Shown here: positions 1 to 13,470 of the stretch, in pieces
Layout of the letters: every line of letters begins with the position of its first letter
Position numbering within the stretch: position 1 is the first letter of the stretch
Source of the DNA: Camelus ferus
Taxonomy: Eukaryota
NCBI RefSeq assembly: GCF_009834535.1
Contig: NC_045697.1
Span: forward strand, 114,454,001 to 114,518,000
Length of the DNA: 64,000 nt
Direction: 5' to 3'
Made by a program: the position numbers and the translations under genes
Notes under the pieces: generated by a model
What the model was told of the DNA's origin: nothing
What the model saw: only the letters and a program-made list of their open reading frames with translations
Databases searched by the model: none

Positions 1-185
1 TTAGCTATCTCTGTTGTGGTGGTGGTTTCACAGGTGTAGACATCTATCAAAATTCATGAAATTGTACATCTGAAATATGCGTCGTTTACTCTGTAGGAAT
101 CATATCACCATAAAGGTGTTAAAATTAAAAAAAATAAATAAATCCTCTTTAAAAACCAAGACTTAAACATAGAAAAAAAAGTAAG

Positions 186-339
186 GAGGGAGAGGGCATA
201 ACTCAGTGGTAGAGCACATGCTTAGCATGCACGAACTCCTGGGTTCAATCCCCAGTACCACCACTTAAAATAAATAAATAAATGAGCAAACCTAATTACT
301 TCCCCTACTGGCAAAAAAATAATAATGATAAAAAATTTT
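186..339 (+). mobile_element. tRNA-Ala-derived SINE (camelid Vic-1-like)
   Basis: tRNA-like head (actcagtggtagagc...cttagcat...gggttcaatccccagtacc), cctaattac module and A-rich tail. TSD aaaaagtaag at 176-185 and 340-349. Confidence 0.88.
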
Positions 340-2018
340 AAAAAGTAAGTCAAAAAAAATAAGATAAAACTTAAGACCTAAAGCTACCTGGTAAGGCTAC
401 AAGCATACAGAAGCCAACTTTTTGACTAGTATATATATATATAGAGAGAGACCATATATAAACCATAAATTTGTTTATTTATATGTATATAAATAAAAAT
501 ATCAGCCCCAAAGAATATATCAATCAGAGTTAAGTTACTCACTGGAGGCATTCAAAATCTATGATTTTTTGTTAACCACAGATGCTCCTTGTGAATTTGT
601 CAAGGTTTCCTAAAGCCTCAGATGTTGGGCATTTAGGAAAGCAGTAAATGATGCTCCTCCAGACGTCAGCAGGGAAACGGGGCTGAATCACTGATGGTCT
701 CATAGGGTCAAGAGAGCTGAGCAGACCCGGAATGTGAGAAGAGATGGGCAGACTGTACCCTGTCTTTCTCAAAATATACCAAGCACTTGCTTTTTCTCTC
801 CTCCCACTTAGGGACTTAATAAGGGCTGGGGAGAGACACAGTCCTCTGCTTGAATCGAAGAGATGTGTACAGTCAATCTGTTGTTTACTGGAACAAATCT
901 CTCAGTTACATGACTCATTCTCAGATACTACTGTTCTCTGTTCACCTACGATTGATTCTCATCTAAATTCATTCAACCAGAATTCTTTTATGGTATCAGT
1001 CAATATACCATATGCACTTCTGTGTGTAAATGGATGCATTCAGCCTTGTTTTTGACATTACACAATTATTTGCCTTCATGAAATTTCAGTCTGCGTATGC
1101 CTGCGTGCATATTGAAATTGGAATGACGTGGTTTAACCGGACTAGTTTACACGGGTTGGTGGGTGTGCTATGTCATAGACAACTTCTGTGCACACGAGTA
1201 CTGGTCATGTTACAGAACACTCATGAGGTGGCCAGCACTGAAAGAACTGTATAATGACTAATTAACGTAATGACACTTGTATAACAAGAAAGTCGAAAGA
1301 AGGTTAATGTGATAATGAGGCTTATTTGATCTTAAAGATTTAGCATGAGGGCACTCTCAAGATAGCTTAATAAGGTTTTAAGCACCTTTTGCAATTTGCG
1401 TGTGTACTTGTTAATCCATATGGTCCAAAAATGAATTTCACTTCATTTAAATTAATGAATTTCTCTAATCCCTTTCCCTTTTCTCTTGAAACAACAAGAG
1501 TGCACTTTCACTCCTATTGGTGACGGTGTTTCCTTGAGGTCTTCACTGAGTGTGCGTTACTTATGACTTTTTTTTTTTTTATTATGCTTAAACTGGAGCT
1601 CACTTCAATATAGGACAACACTTAAAAATGGCAAAACAACAGCTTAGTGTAACTCAGGCAGTTATGACAAGTCATGACCTGACTCTTGTAACTGATCTTT
1701 GTGTCATTTAGCATGTTTTTTTGCACCATACAACAGTAAATTTGATTTCCTTATCTGAGACCTGTGTCATTTTTAAACTTGATGAAATGGAAAGAACACT
1801 TTAGAAATTAACAGTAAAACAGATCATCATTTGTAGCAATGATTCAGTCAATGGCATTCCGTTCCCTGCTGCGCTGGACACTATAGAATTATATTTTCAC
1901 ATTCCGTATAAAGGTTTTCATGAGTCCTCCAAATTACCTTTTTTATATTTTGTTAATACTTAAGTGTGATTTTACAATTTATTTATGTGATTTTTATGGC
2001 TTATTCCTTATTCCTTTT

Positions 2019-2678
2019 TTTATTGACATATATTTGATTTACAATGTTGTGTTACTTTCTGGTGTACAGCACAGTGATTAGGTTATACACATATATATTC
2101 TTTTGCATATTCTTTTTCATTATAGGCTATCATAAGGTACTGAATATAGGTCCCTGTGCTATGTGGTAGGACCTTGTTTTTTTATATAGTACTGTGTATG
2201 TGCTAATCCCAAACTCCTAATTTATCCCTACCTCCCTTCCCCCTTTGGTAACCATAAATTTGTTTTCTGACTATGAGTCTATTTCTGGTTTGTAAATAAG
2301 TTCATTTGAATTAATTTTTTAGATTCTATGTATAAGTGATATTATATGATATTTGTCTTTGACTTATTTCGCTTAGTATGATCATCTCTGGGTCCATCCA
2401 TGTTGCTGCAAATGACATTATTTCATTCTTTTTATGGCTGAGTATATTCCATTGTATAAATATACTACATCGTCTTTATCCAGTCACCTGTTGGCGCTTA
2501 GGTTGCTTCCATGACTTGGCTATTGTAAATAGTGCTTCTATGAACATTGGGGTGCATGTGTCTCCTTGAATTAGAGTTTTCTATAATATATACCCAGGAG
2601 TAGGATTGCTGGATCATATAGTAACTGTATTTTTAGGTTTTAAGGAATCTACATACTGTTTTCCATAGTGGCTACATC
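2019..2678 (-). mobile_element. 5'-truncated L1 (ORF2 end + 3' UTR), cetartiodactyl type
   Basis: Typical L1 3' sequence; perfect 14-bp TSD tccttattcctttt at 2005-2018 and 2679-2692. Confidence 0.92.
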
Positions 2679-4077
2679 TCCTTATTCCTTTTGGTATGCA
2701 GTTTCCTCTGTAGTGCATTAATCTTAAAGTCATCAAGACACAGCGTGCTGGCATGCGTGGGTCTCTTGTCTTCTCTGGCTGGTCTAAGTCAGATCCTCTT
2801 CTAAGGCTGAAATCATGTTCCACATTTAACATGAAGCCCTGCAGCTTCTGCAGCTCACAGTCATCAGTTCCACCTCAGGCTTCCTGAGTTCCTAGATCTT
2901 TTTGTTTTCATTAGAAGTAGTTCATTTGATTTTCATACCACCTTTCCTTTAGATTTTTAATGTATATGGAGCATTGTAATTAGAGGTCCAAATAACAAGG
3001 ACCACAATTCATCAATTCTTTGCTTTTTCTATAGGCTTAATTTTGTATTTTTCAGATAGTAAATAAAGAAATCTTTATTGACCTACTTTGCTTATTGAAC
3101 TGGAATTTTTTTTTTAATATACTAAATAATCAACTAAACAGTTTGTGGACTGGTGAAAGTTGGACACTCTGTGTTGTAACCATGGGATTTGTGCTTGTAG
3201 ATTGCTACCCTCAAAGGGTGAAATTAGCCATTGAACAAATCTCACAGCAGGTTAGTTATTAATGAAATGTTTTGGTGGCGCAAGCAAGGACATAGTTCTT
3301 ACCCAGACAGCCTTTTTGAAACTTAATCCAAAAGGTCTTATGTAAAGTACAAAAGAACTGTTTCAAAACAGGTCATGTAGATGTCTGGTTTGCTTACATT
3401 TTTTTGTTCATAGCAGGGTTACTACTCTTGCAATAAGTAATTGTCAGTGGGAGTCAGAGAGAAAAATCTGGGCACAGGCTTAAGTAGCATTTTCCCTCAA
3501 AAATCTATATATGTGTTTATTTGAATGTATTTATTGAGACGATACTAAATTCAAGGAGGTTTCAATTTAGCTAAGATTATTAGGTAAACATCCATCAAAA
3601 GTTTAATGCCAGTGAAGACTCCGTGTTGATCAAGTGCTAAAAAAAAACACTGTTGTTGTTGCTAATTGTGGTGAATATGATAAGAAGGACAGATGAGATA
3701 TGCGAAAAGAAAATGAGAAATCAGTGTGGATTGGAAGACTGATTATTTTATTGTGAGTAAAGCAGCCTGAGACATTCTTCTTTGCTTCCAGCTCCACATT
3801 TCCAGTTAACACAAATTAGTTTAAATAAGCTTTGCCAGAAGGTAAGTAGAAAGCTGGCTGTACGCTGGCATCACGATAATAGTGACATGGAAGTCTGCTT
3901 CATGACAAAATACAGATCATTTTGTCTGTCATATAGCTGCACGATGGATTAGCAATAGAAAATACAGCTCTTGTGACTGTCAGTAGTTCTCTGTAACTAC
4001 TAATAGGTAATTTATGCTGTTACATTTGAAGAGTTTCCTCCAACTCACTTTTTGAATAGAGACCACTGGTTATTTTA

Positions 4078-4113
4078 TTTATTTTATTTTTTAAAATTTT
4101 ATCTTATTGAGTT
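4078..4113 (-). mobile_element. Ultra-short retrotransposon insertion (tail plus a few nt of L1 3' terminus)
   Basis: Flanked by a perfect 22-bp direct repeat atagagaccactggttatttta (4056-4077, 4114-4135); the insert is T-rich and ends ttattgagtt. Confidence 0.7.
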
Positions 4114-5749
4114 ATAGAGACCACTGGTTATTTTAAAGTAAAAAGAAATAATAAGCATGCAAAATATCCAGTGATAGCCCCACTGCCAACAACTACAACA
4201 GACATCTCCCACACAAACACTACTCTCAGTCAGCATGTCTTAAAAAAAGATCTCTTAGAAAATATCTGAGATATTTTCTGGATGATAACAACGCATTTGA
4301 CAGTAACTATCGTGTATTAAAATTATAAGCATCGTTTTTGAAAGTGAATATTTTAAAATAACACATCATGATGTTAAGGAAATAATAAAATTTTGTTGAA
4401 AATCAGGTTTTAAAAAGAAGAAAATATATAGTTTAATAAACTAATGTATTTTAGCAAATGTTTTGAATGTAGCAAAAAAAAATAGTAAATAGTAGTGCCA
4501 TCTATTGATAAAACTGAAAACTACAATTTCTTATGTCAGGAAAATGAAGACTTTTACATTAAAAGGAATATATTTCCAAAAATAATGATTCCTTATTGTT
4601 ATGATTATTTTACATTATTATTGTGTCACCTCGAATACTGGAACTGTGTTAGAAAATAATATGTGTGTATGTGTGTTTCTATATGTATGCATGTGCAGAT
4701 GTGTGTATGTATGTATGATTAATAATGTGGTACTTCTGATCATAAATATTGCTTATTGGTTTAACTTTAATTGGGCTGACTTATTCATATGAATAATAAT
4801 AAATTTAATCGATGAAGATAATCAAATTTAAGTATTTATTTGCTGCTAAAATTTTTGAGCAATAGAAACCTTTCCAGTGAAAGAGGAATCACTGTCTTAA
4901 TTTATTCTATTTTAATATGAATAAAATATTTTAACATGTAAAAATCTGTGTATTTACCTTTTAGGACCACCTAGGCCATTTTAATCTTTCTTTTCCTTTA
5001 TAATTCGGGTTTTATATCTAATAATAGACTATTATTTGGAAAACTCTTAAATGAGGTGAGCTATTCTCAATAATGCTACATTATACCTGTAATTGTTCCA
5101 AATTTGCTACACCTGGCTAGAGCAATCTGTGCTCTCTGGCTAAATTATCAGGGTGAAATCGCATAGTTTAGAAGAGTTAGATTATCTATGTATGCACATA
5201 TACTATGTAAGTGACAAGATGACAGAGAAGACAAGAGCAGAAAGCACTGGTGAAATCCAATGATATGATCAGTGGTATGATCAGATTACCTGTGGCAGGT
5301 GACACCTGCCAGACAGCGAATGAACAGGAGCAGCAGAGGAAGCGGTGTGATTGACAGGAGCAGAAACAATAAAAACAAGCACAGCCTTAAGAGGGACTAA
5401 AACTGAGGCTGAGGTGACGTCAGACCCCGCCCCGCCCCCGCATGCTATGATGGTGACTGTTGGAACCTGACGCAGAGAACGAGCTCTTATCCATCCATTA
5501 ACTCACACACGTGGAATTGACCTGTTTTACAACTGCAGGTTCAGATCTATTACATACTCTGCTGGATGCTGAGGACCTAGTAATGAACCAGTGGCAGTGA
5601 CATTTTTCCTAGAGGAGCTTTCTGTCATTCTTGCTGCTAGTCCAGACCCCGTTTGTTGAATGCAAGCTGCCCTTCCCTCAAAACACTTTCCTGTCGTTGG
5701 TCAGATTATAATAAACAGAGAAATTTATGATGAGCAAAATATAAATGGG

Positions 5750-5930
5750 ACCCCGATGCTACAACAATCAAAACGGAGGGATACTGGCATAGGACAGATG
5801 TAAAGATCCATGGGGCAGAATGGAGAGCGTTGGAGGTGGGACATGGATGTGGAGTGGGGAAGAACAAGGCGGATGACTCACCGGGAGCATCAGCGGGGAC
5901 CCACGACATGGCCTGGTACCCAGCGAGCTC
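5750..5930 (+). mobile_element. Old, degraded L1 ORF2 fragment
   Basis: gctacaacaatcaaaacggagggatactggcataggacaga...cagaatggagagc resembles the L1 segment encoding ATVIKTVWYWHK.R..DQWNRIES. Confidence 0.5.
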
Positions 5931-7144
5931 AGGGTCATGCAGCGCCTCCCCCAACACTCAGACTGGCCTTTGCTTTACTTCCACCCACCAAACCTTGGAC
6001 AGAATCAAAATTAAAACAACTCTTATGACACACTCTAGTTGGAAACACACAAGACAGGGGGTTCTCAGGAATGAAATTCAGTGCAGCCAAGTTGAGACAG
6101 GACAAAGCCACTCTCATTATTAATTACTATTATTATCTTACTCTTTCTTCACACAAATGATAACATACTGAACTCACTGTTCTCTCTTTTTTTCCATTTT
6201 TCCTTTGTATTATTTTAAGTTATTCTCATCCCATAAAATTAACCTTTTTCAAGTGCACAGTTGAGTGTATTTGGAGGGTATGACCAGAATGGTATGATCA
6301 TCACTCTTAATACAGGTTTTCAAGAAGAAATTGGCGAGATGTAAAATTTGAGGGTCTAGTGACAGACCAGAAAATGAAGGACATTTCATGTTAAGCAGTT
6401 TGGATTTTATTCTGAAAAAAAAAAAAGAGGGCAATGTAATAAAAGATTATGAATAGGTTAGATGCAACATCCATCTTTCAGTTTAAAAATAATTTGGCTG
6501 TGATGTGGAGAATGAGTTTGTGCAGGATGGTGGGGGAGAGGGCCAGTGGACAGATTTTGCATTCACAAAGGCTAGAAGGAGTGAAGTTCTAAATGTAGAA
6601 ATACCTGAAACTTAAGGTAGAAAGAGGGGATAAAATTGAGAAAAAATTAGGAAGAAACATGTGTAGTAAATAAATTTATTGTGAATTGGTTCAAAGGTTT
6701 GCTAATGAGTTAGAGGGACAAGTCACAGATGACTCCCAGTTCTCTAATTTGTCTAGATATATGGTGATGACATTATTTGCAAATAAACTTATAGAAAGCA
6801 TATGGTTTTTGAGTAGAACATCCCATTAACTTGAGAGATAATCCATTATTAATTGTTGGGAGCAGCATCCACTGCTAACAGTCTGGACAACCAACAACTC
6901 CTGCCTCGTCAGGACCCTCATTAGCAGTGAGAGACATCAGGTGCAGTCTCAGGGAAGCAGAACTCTTAAGGATGGAGAGGGCGTGGAGGGACCAGGAACA
7001 CAGGGTTGCCTGAAAAAGGCAACATGGCATTTTGATGTTTCCAATGGGATAACAAATTTCCTTTGAGGGACTCAGGGAAGACTTTCTCCATGACTGAAAT
7101 AAATCGCATTTGATTGAAAGTGGATCAGTATTTTAGTCAAACAT

Positions 7145-8980
7145 TTTATTTTTGAGCTATCTATAGTTTCTTATGCAATTTTAAGAGGCCATGCAGAAAG
7201 AGCCTTTGAACCCTTTCCCCATTTTCTCCCATTGGTAACATATTGCAACACTGTGGTACCAATAAGAACCAGGATGTTGACACTGATACAGTAAACATAC
7301 AGAACAGTTGCATCATCAGGAGGATCCCTAATGTAACCCTTAAAAGCTATGCCCCCTTCTCTCCTGCCCCTACCCCCTCATTAAGCTCTGATAACTACTG
7401 ACCTATTTCCCTTTTCTATAATTTATTTCAAGCATGTTATATAAATGGAATAATACTGTATATATACTTTTTGGACTGGGTTTTTTCCCCACGTGGGACA
7501 ATATATATTTGTAGATTTATCTCTGTTGTTGTGTGTATCAATAGTTTGTTCTTTTTCACTGCTGAATAGTAGTCCATGGTACGCATTAACCATTCACTCT
7601 GTTGAAGGATATCTAGGCTGATTCCAGCTCTTGTCTGTTACAAATAAAGCTGTAAAAAAATATTCCTGCATAGGTTTTTATGTGAACATAAATTTCATTT
7701 CACTGGGACAAGCACTCAGACATTTATTGTTAAGTCACATTGTAGTTGGATGTTTAGATTTTTTTTATTAGAAACTGACAGAGTTCCCACACCATTGTGC
7801 ATTCTCACTAGCAATGTATGAGTAATTTAATTTCGCTGTATCCTTACCAGTATTTGGCATTATTACTGGTTTTATTTTACTCATGTTGATAGGTGTGCAA
7901 TGATATCCTGTTGTCGTATTAATTTGCAATTACCTGAAGGCTAATGAAGCCAAACATTTTTTCATCTGATTATTTGTCATCTGACATCATCTTCAGCAAA
8001 ATGTCCTCTCATGTCTTTTGCTCAGTTTCTGACTGGACCGTTACCCCTAGGAGGGGAAAAGCCCCAGTTCCTGTCCTACCTGAGAGAGAAGAATTCAGAT
8101 CTGAGACAAAATTGTTGTGTAAATAAAGAGTTTATTAGCAAAGCAAAAGTACACCTCTGAGGGCTGCAGGCAGGCTGGCCCAAGAGAGAAAAAGCAGCAG
8201 CTCCCAGAGTCCCTGTTTCTTTTGTGAGGTTGCCTAGGGGCTGTCTTAAGGTAATTTGATAGTTGACACCATTTGAGTGGCCTGTGTAGGTTATGTAGCC
8301 TTTCCCTTGTTGCTTGTGTCCTTTCTCATAATGCACACAGAAAGCCTATGGTGGGGAGGGGCCCAAACCATAATGTGAATTACATTATACTGAGCACTGG
8401 GTCATGTCATGTGGTGTCCTTCCCTCTACCGTGCAGGTGCCGCTGTCTGGTTCTACTGGTTTCTTGCCAGCACTCATTCAGAGAAAGTAAACTCTTTGAA
8501 GCCCCTTATTCTGAGGGCAGGTGTACCATTATCTTCTGGATGGTTCCCTCCCCTTTCCACTCCCCCTGTCCGAAGCCCCTACCTCTCTGACTGCCTAACA
8601 GGTCTACTCTTTTGTTTGGTGGTTTGTTTGTTCCAACTGTTGATTTTTGATGGTTCTTCTCAATACTAGTCTTCTGTCATATGTCTGGTTTGTAAATATT
8701 TTCTCCCACTCTGCAGCTTGTCATTTGATATACTTCACAGCATCTTTGTTCCAGAGTCAAAATTTTTAATTTTGGTAAAGTCCAGTTGATCTGTTTGTTC
8801 TTTTATGGGTAGAGCTTTTGGGAGTCCAGACTAAGAATTCTCTGCTGAGTCCTAGATACTGAACCTTTTTTTCCCTATGTATTTTCTGATAAGTTTTATA
8901 GTTTTACATTCTGCATTTAAGTTTATAACCCATTTTTAGTTAGTTTTTGTATGAGGTGTGATATGTAAGTCAACAATAAT
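7145..8980 (-). mobile_element. Old L1 (L1MC-like 3' end into ORF2), interrupted by a solo LTR
   Basis: L1MC-like 3' UTR (cccattggtaacatattgcaa...caggatgttgacactgatacag), with antisense ORF2-like sequence on both sides of 8039-8600. Confidence 0.75.
8039..8600 (-). mobile_element. Solo ERV LTR (ERV1-like)
   Basis: The minus strand starts TGTTAGGCAG and the other terminus is a degenerate inverted end (cgttac). Minus-strand AATAAA near 8131-8136; 4-bp flanks ggac/ggtc. It cleanly interrupts the L1. Confidence 0.78.
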
Positions 8981-9949
8981 TTTATGGCAGAGGATAATAC
9001 ATGATTTCTCTTCCATGAATGGAGGAGAAATAGAAGCTTCCATCCATGAGTGTGTCCACATGAGGAGCAGGTGATGGGAGGGGGGACATAAGTCAGTGCA
9101 ATTACAAATCAGACCACTTCTACTTATGGTCACATGTTTACCGCTGCCTGGGACAAGTGGTAGATCTCTAAATTCTAATCCCTAAGTAGGCCAGGAAAAT
9201 AAAAGGATTCTCAGCCCTGCCATGGGATTGAGTCAGAGATTTTGCTGGTCCTCATACACTATTTCTAGGTTTGAGTGGATGTAGAGAGCAAAAAAGAAAC
9301 GAGGAAGCAAAGACATTCTCAAGCTCTATTTAGGACGAAGATGTTCTCATATCTTGAGTTAGGAGTAGCCGTTATTTAATTCCTGGATACAATTGAGAAA
9401 TAAGGTTTTCCTATGAAAGTTAAAGATAAGAATATCACAATAGTGCAGTTGAAGAGGAAGGAATACGAAGGAACTGATAAGAAAAGTCAGGATAAAAACA
9501 GGAAACAGCAACAATGCTTAATACATTATAAGAATAAAATAATATGAAAATTTTAAAACAAACATGTTTGTCATGATTTATGTAGGTTGAATTTTTGGTT
9601 CACATCAGAAAACTTAAGTACAAAAAATTAGCTGTATAATATTTGCAAAAAACACCTGAAAATATATTGTTAATGAAGTCGATATATGTATAGAAAATAA
9701 ATGAAATGGAATCACAGGTAATATGTTTATATTAGCTAAAGGTTTATTTATACTAAACCCACTGGCTGGCATAAAGAAAAAAGTGTTTCCTGATAGTAAA
9801 GAACATATGAAGATCAAGCAAGACTCAAAATATTTTAAGAACCCAATATAGAGAATAAAATTGCATCAAGCAAAATATATCCTGATAAAACTATAACAAG
9901 AGGATTTTAATGTATACTTATAAAGTAATTTGACAGATAAACTAAATAA

Positions 9950-11050
9950 AATCTAAGCAAAAATTTTTTATAACTCAGTGAGTGTGTTTGAGATACCTAT
10001 GTTTAGATTATAGACAGATTGATGGCTGGACGGCTATAGCATTAATGCTGTCCTTCTATTTTTCTTTTTAAAGTGTTATATTTGATCACAATAAGAGCAG
10101 TTTAAAAAAAAAATCTTGTAAGAATAGATGCTGAAAGTATCTGATCACATTAAAACACCGTTCTGAAAAGTTCTAAATTAGGTATCAAGGCAATCAGTCT
10201 ATACTTTTACAATGCTTATTTTTGAAGTACTGATACCATAAAGGACATCCTTTGGCCATGTTAAATGTTTTTCTTTAACATTGAAACGAGACAAGGCTGT
10301 AATTTATCATCCCTCTGTACTGCTATTTGAATTGTTCTGGAGTTGAAATACATGCATATTACAAAATAGACAACTTTTAATATATATTTGTGGGTGATAT
10401 GATGGCTTATCTCTGAAACCCAAGAGATCAAAATCTAAAGGTATTTTAACTAAAAGAAAACTAGAAATCAGCCACTTAACCATGTATGAATAGTTAGAAA
10501 CCCCACATTTTCCCTTAGGAGCATGAAAAGAAAATGTTCAAGAAAAAAATAGTTAGCAGGAAGAATTCACATTCTAATTTAAGACAAGCATAAAATGTTA
10601 TTGAAGGGATTAAAAATAATGTGAAGAAAGTAAAGACAATAATAATAAAATAAATAATAATAGTAATAAAATAATGTAAAGAAAAATAATAAAGAAAGCA
10701 AAATACCATCTTCCTCAATTGGGAGATATCATGTGATAAAATCATGACACCTTCTTTAATGATAAGTTTAAAACCATTTCAGCCTGAATTCCAAAGGGTT
10801 TGTCTCTTCCATTTTCCTCTTTCTTTCTTTCTTCTTCCCTTCTTCCCTGCATGTCCTCCTTTCTTATCTTTTTGTCGCCACTCTTTCTTCCAATTAAAGA
10901 ATAAATGTAGAAAAATTACTAAAAAAAAAACTAATAAAATGAACACTAGTTGGAGTGAATGTGTTATAAAGAATATTAAAACTTATTTTAAAGCTACATT
11001 AACCAAAGTATATGGTATAGATTCCTCAGATGGATAGAATTCCAGAAAGA
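9950..11050 (+). mobile_element. Highly degraded ancient L1 ORF2 (RT region onward)
   Basis: Remnants resembling the RQGCPLSP (acaaggctgtaatttatcatccc), FADDM (tttgtgggtgatatgat) and YYKAT (tattttaaagctaca) coding segments, in the expected order. Confidence 0.55.
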
Positions 11051-11306
11051 GATGCAGTCGGTTAAGGTGTAAAATCATTTTACATATGAACATACATATG
11101 TGCATAACTGTGATTTATTAAATAGAAATCAATATATAAAATGCATGATGAAAATGTATTTAGTGATTAAAACATGATTATATAGTGTATTATAAAAAAT
11201 ATAAAATTCTGGAGGATATATTGTTTTATTCTTAATATAAAAAATAATAATACTGAAAGAAAATTATTTTGCTTTCCATGTTAAAAAATTTTTTTTTCAT
11301 CTATCT

Positions 11307-11440
11307 GAGGGGAAGGTTTGAGCTCAGTGGTAGAGTGCCTGCTTAGCATGAATGAGGTCCTGAGTTCAATCTCTGTTTCCTCCATTAGAAAATAAATATA
11401 TGAATAAACCTAATGACCTCCCCAACAAAAAAAAATTCTT
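11307..11440 (+). mobile_element. tRNA-Ala-derived SINE (Vic-1-like)
   Basis: agctcagtggtagagtgcctgcttagcatg...gagttcaatc head, aaacctaatgacctcccc module and A tail. Confidence 0.85.
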
Positions 11441-11994
11441 TAAAATTTTTTTGTTAATTTAAAAAACCCCTAAAAATTGGATTGTAAATTACTAGATTGT
11501 TATTTAATCTTAAATATAATTGTGTTAAAAAGAAAAATAAATACTAGGAGTTAATTATTGAGGAAAATATTTCTATAACTGTGGATGGTGGTGTGTGTGT
11601 AAGCATTTCTGTAGCAAGACAAGAAATCCAGTAGTAAAAGGGATGTCTGATGGGTTATATTAAATTAAAAGATTCCGTTTTTTATTTTTTTTGAGCAGAT
11701 AATGCTAGATTACTGTGCTAACATTTTGTGGGAATCTGTTCTCAAAACTAACCAATGAGAGGGTCCATTTTCCACAAATTTAAATGGATGTTATGAATCA
11801 TTTTAATTTGGCAAATGATTATCATTTTAAGTAAATTCAATGTTATTGATTACTACATGGGTAAGGATGGTTTTACATTCTCATTAGACCCTTTGATTCC
11901 TTCTATGAATGGCCTGTTTATAGCCTTTACTCTTGATTGTGCCATAAATGTCTTATGTAGTCTATTTATTTTAAATAATCACAATTCATTATGT

Positions 11995-12121
11995 TTATTT
12001 TTTATTGAAGTGAAGTGTCATTGATTTTACAAAGTAAGTTTCAGATGTACAGGAAAGCAATTCAGCTATACATATAGATACATACACATATAAATTTTCT
12101 TTTCAGATTCTTTTCCATTAA
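11995..12121 (-). mobile_element. Short L1 3' terminal fragment
   Basis: ttttattgaagt...gtttcagatgtacag...ttttcagattcttttccatta. Confidence 0.75.
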
Positions 12122-12124
12122 CGT

Positions 12125-12225
12125 TCACTTTTCAGATGAAGAAACAGGCACTGAAGGGTTGGAGTAAGTCTCTCAAAGTCACATAGCTAGCTAGTTTCAG
12201 GTTAGGATCTAAAATCTGCCTCTTG
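12125..12225 (-). mobile_element. MIR fragment
   Basis: Core motif cacttttcagatgaagaaacaggc...aaagtcacatagctag. Confidence 0.7.
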
Positions 12226-13213
12226 AGTAATTCTGTTTGATGCAAGATGTTTATACTTTGTAGTTTTACAATATTCTTAAAATTCTTTAATTTCTTACCC
12301 AAATGTTGAAAAAAGATAAGGCTAGCTGGAGTAATAAGTGTAAGAAAAGTTATAAACAAACCTTCTAAAATTATATATATTTTTGCCACATATTTTTATT
12401 GTATTTAATGACATGTTTTCCTTATCTTTTTAAGCTCTAACTAATGCAGTGGTTTTTTTTTTCACTTCTAGTCATACACAAAAAAATCGCCTTTTGCAGG
12501 GTGTATATACATTTACTAGTTTCATGACTAATGGAGTGCAAATGTCATTGATGAAAAGCTTAGAAGATACACTTGCTCTGTTTACAATTTTTTTAGACGC
12601 AGCTTTGAATCAATCTATTCATATGTTGGATTTAGATAGGGTTATATTTTGCATCCTGAACCTTAAGCAAGTTGACAAAGCATGGGTCTTGTTTTCATTT
12701 CCTTTTCTTTAGTTTTGATAGATATTGCTGATTAATTATAGCTTCCATTCCTATTGAATCCATTCATGGATTTAGGCTACTACCCGTTTAGGTCTCTAAG
12801 AAGCCCCAGTCAATTAGTATTGACTACTGAAAGTATGTGCCTTTCCCCTCTGAAGCCCCCATCATTCTGTTTATAACAGGCAAGAAACATGACTTCCAGA
12901 AAGCAAAGTGTGTACATTAAGACACCTAACATTTTCCTGCTGACTTATGTCTAGCAATGAACTGGCCGTACATTGTTTCCTTTAGTCCATTTAATCCTAG
13001 AAAGGGTTTCCAATTCTACAAATGGAGAAAGTGAGACTCAGAGAAATTGGGTATGTTTTCCTTTAGAGCATAGAGCAACAGTAAAAATGCATTCAACTTT
13101 TCAGGTTGGATGGGGTTACTCTAATATATTCACTTTACAGTCCCTGCCTCATATAATTAACTTGAGATCTCTTGACAAATTATTTGAATTAAATATATAC
13201 TATTTTACAGTTT

Positions 13214-13470
13214 CTGGGGAAAGGGGATGGGAAGGGATAAATTTGGGAGTCTGAGATTTAGAAATGTTAGCCACTATATATAAAAATAGATTTGAAAAGA
13301 AAATTTCTTTTGTATAGCACAGGGAACTATGTTCAATATCTTGTAATAACATTTAAGGGAAAAAATATAAAAATGAATATATGTATGTATATGCATGACT
13401 GGAACATTGTGCTGTACACCAGAAATGGACACATTGTAATTGACTGTACTTCAACAAAAAATAAATAAAT
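13214..13470 (+). mobile_element. L1 3' UTR fragment (lineage-specific), sense to FSTL5
   Basis: gggaagggataaatttgggag...tatagcacagggaactat...tgtacaccagaa...gactgtacttca followed by an A-rich tail. Confidence 0.88.
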
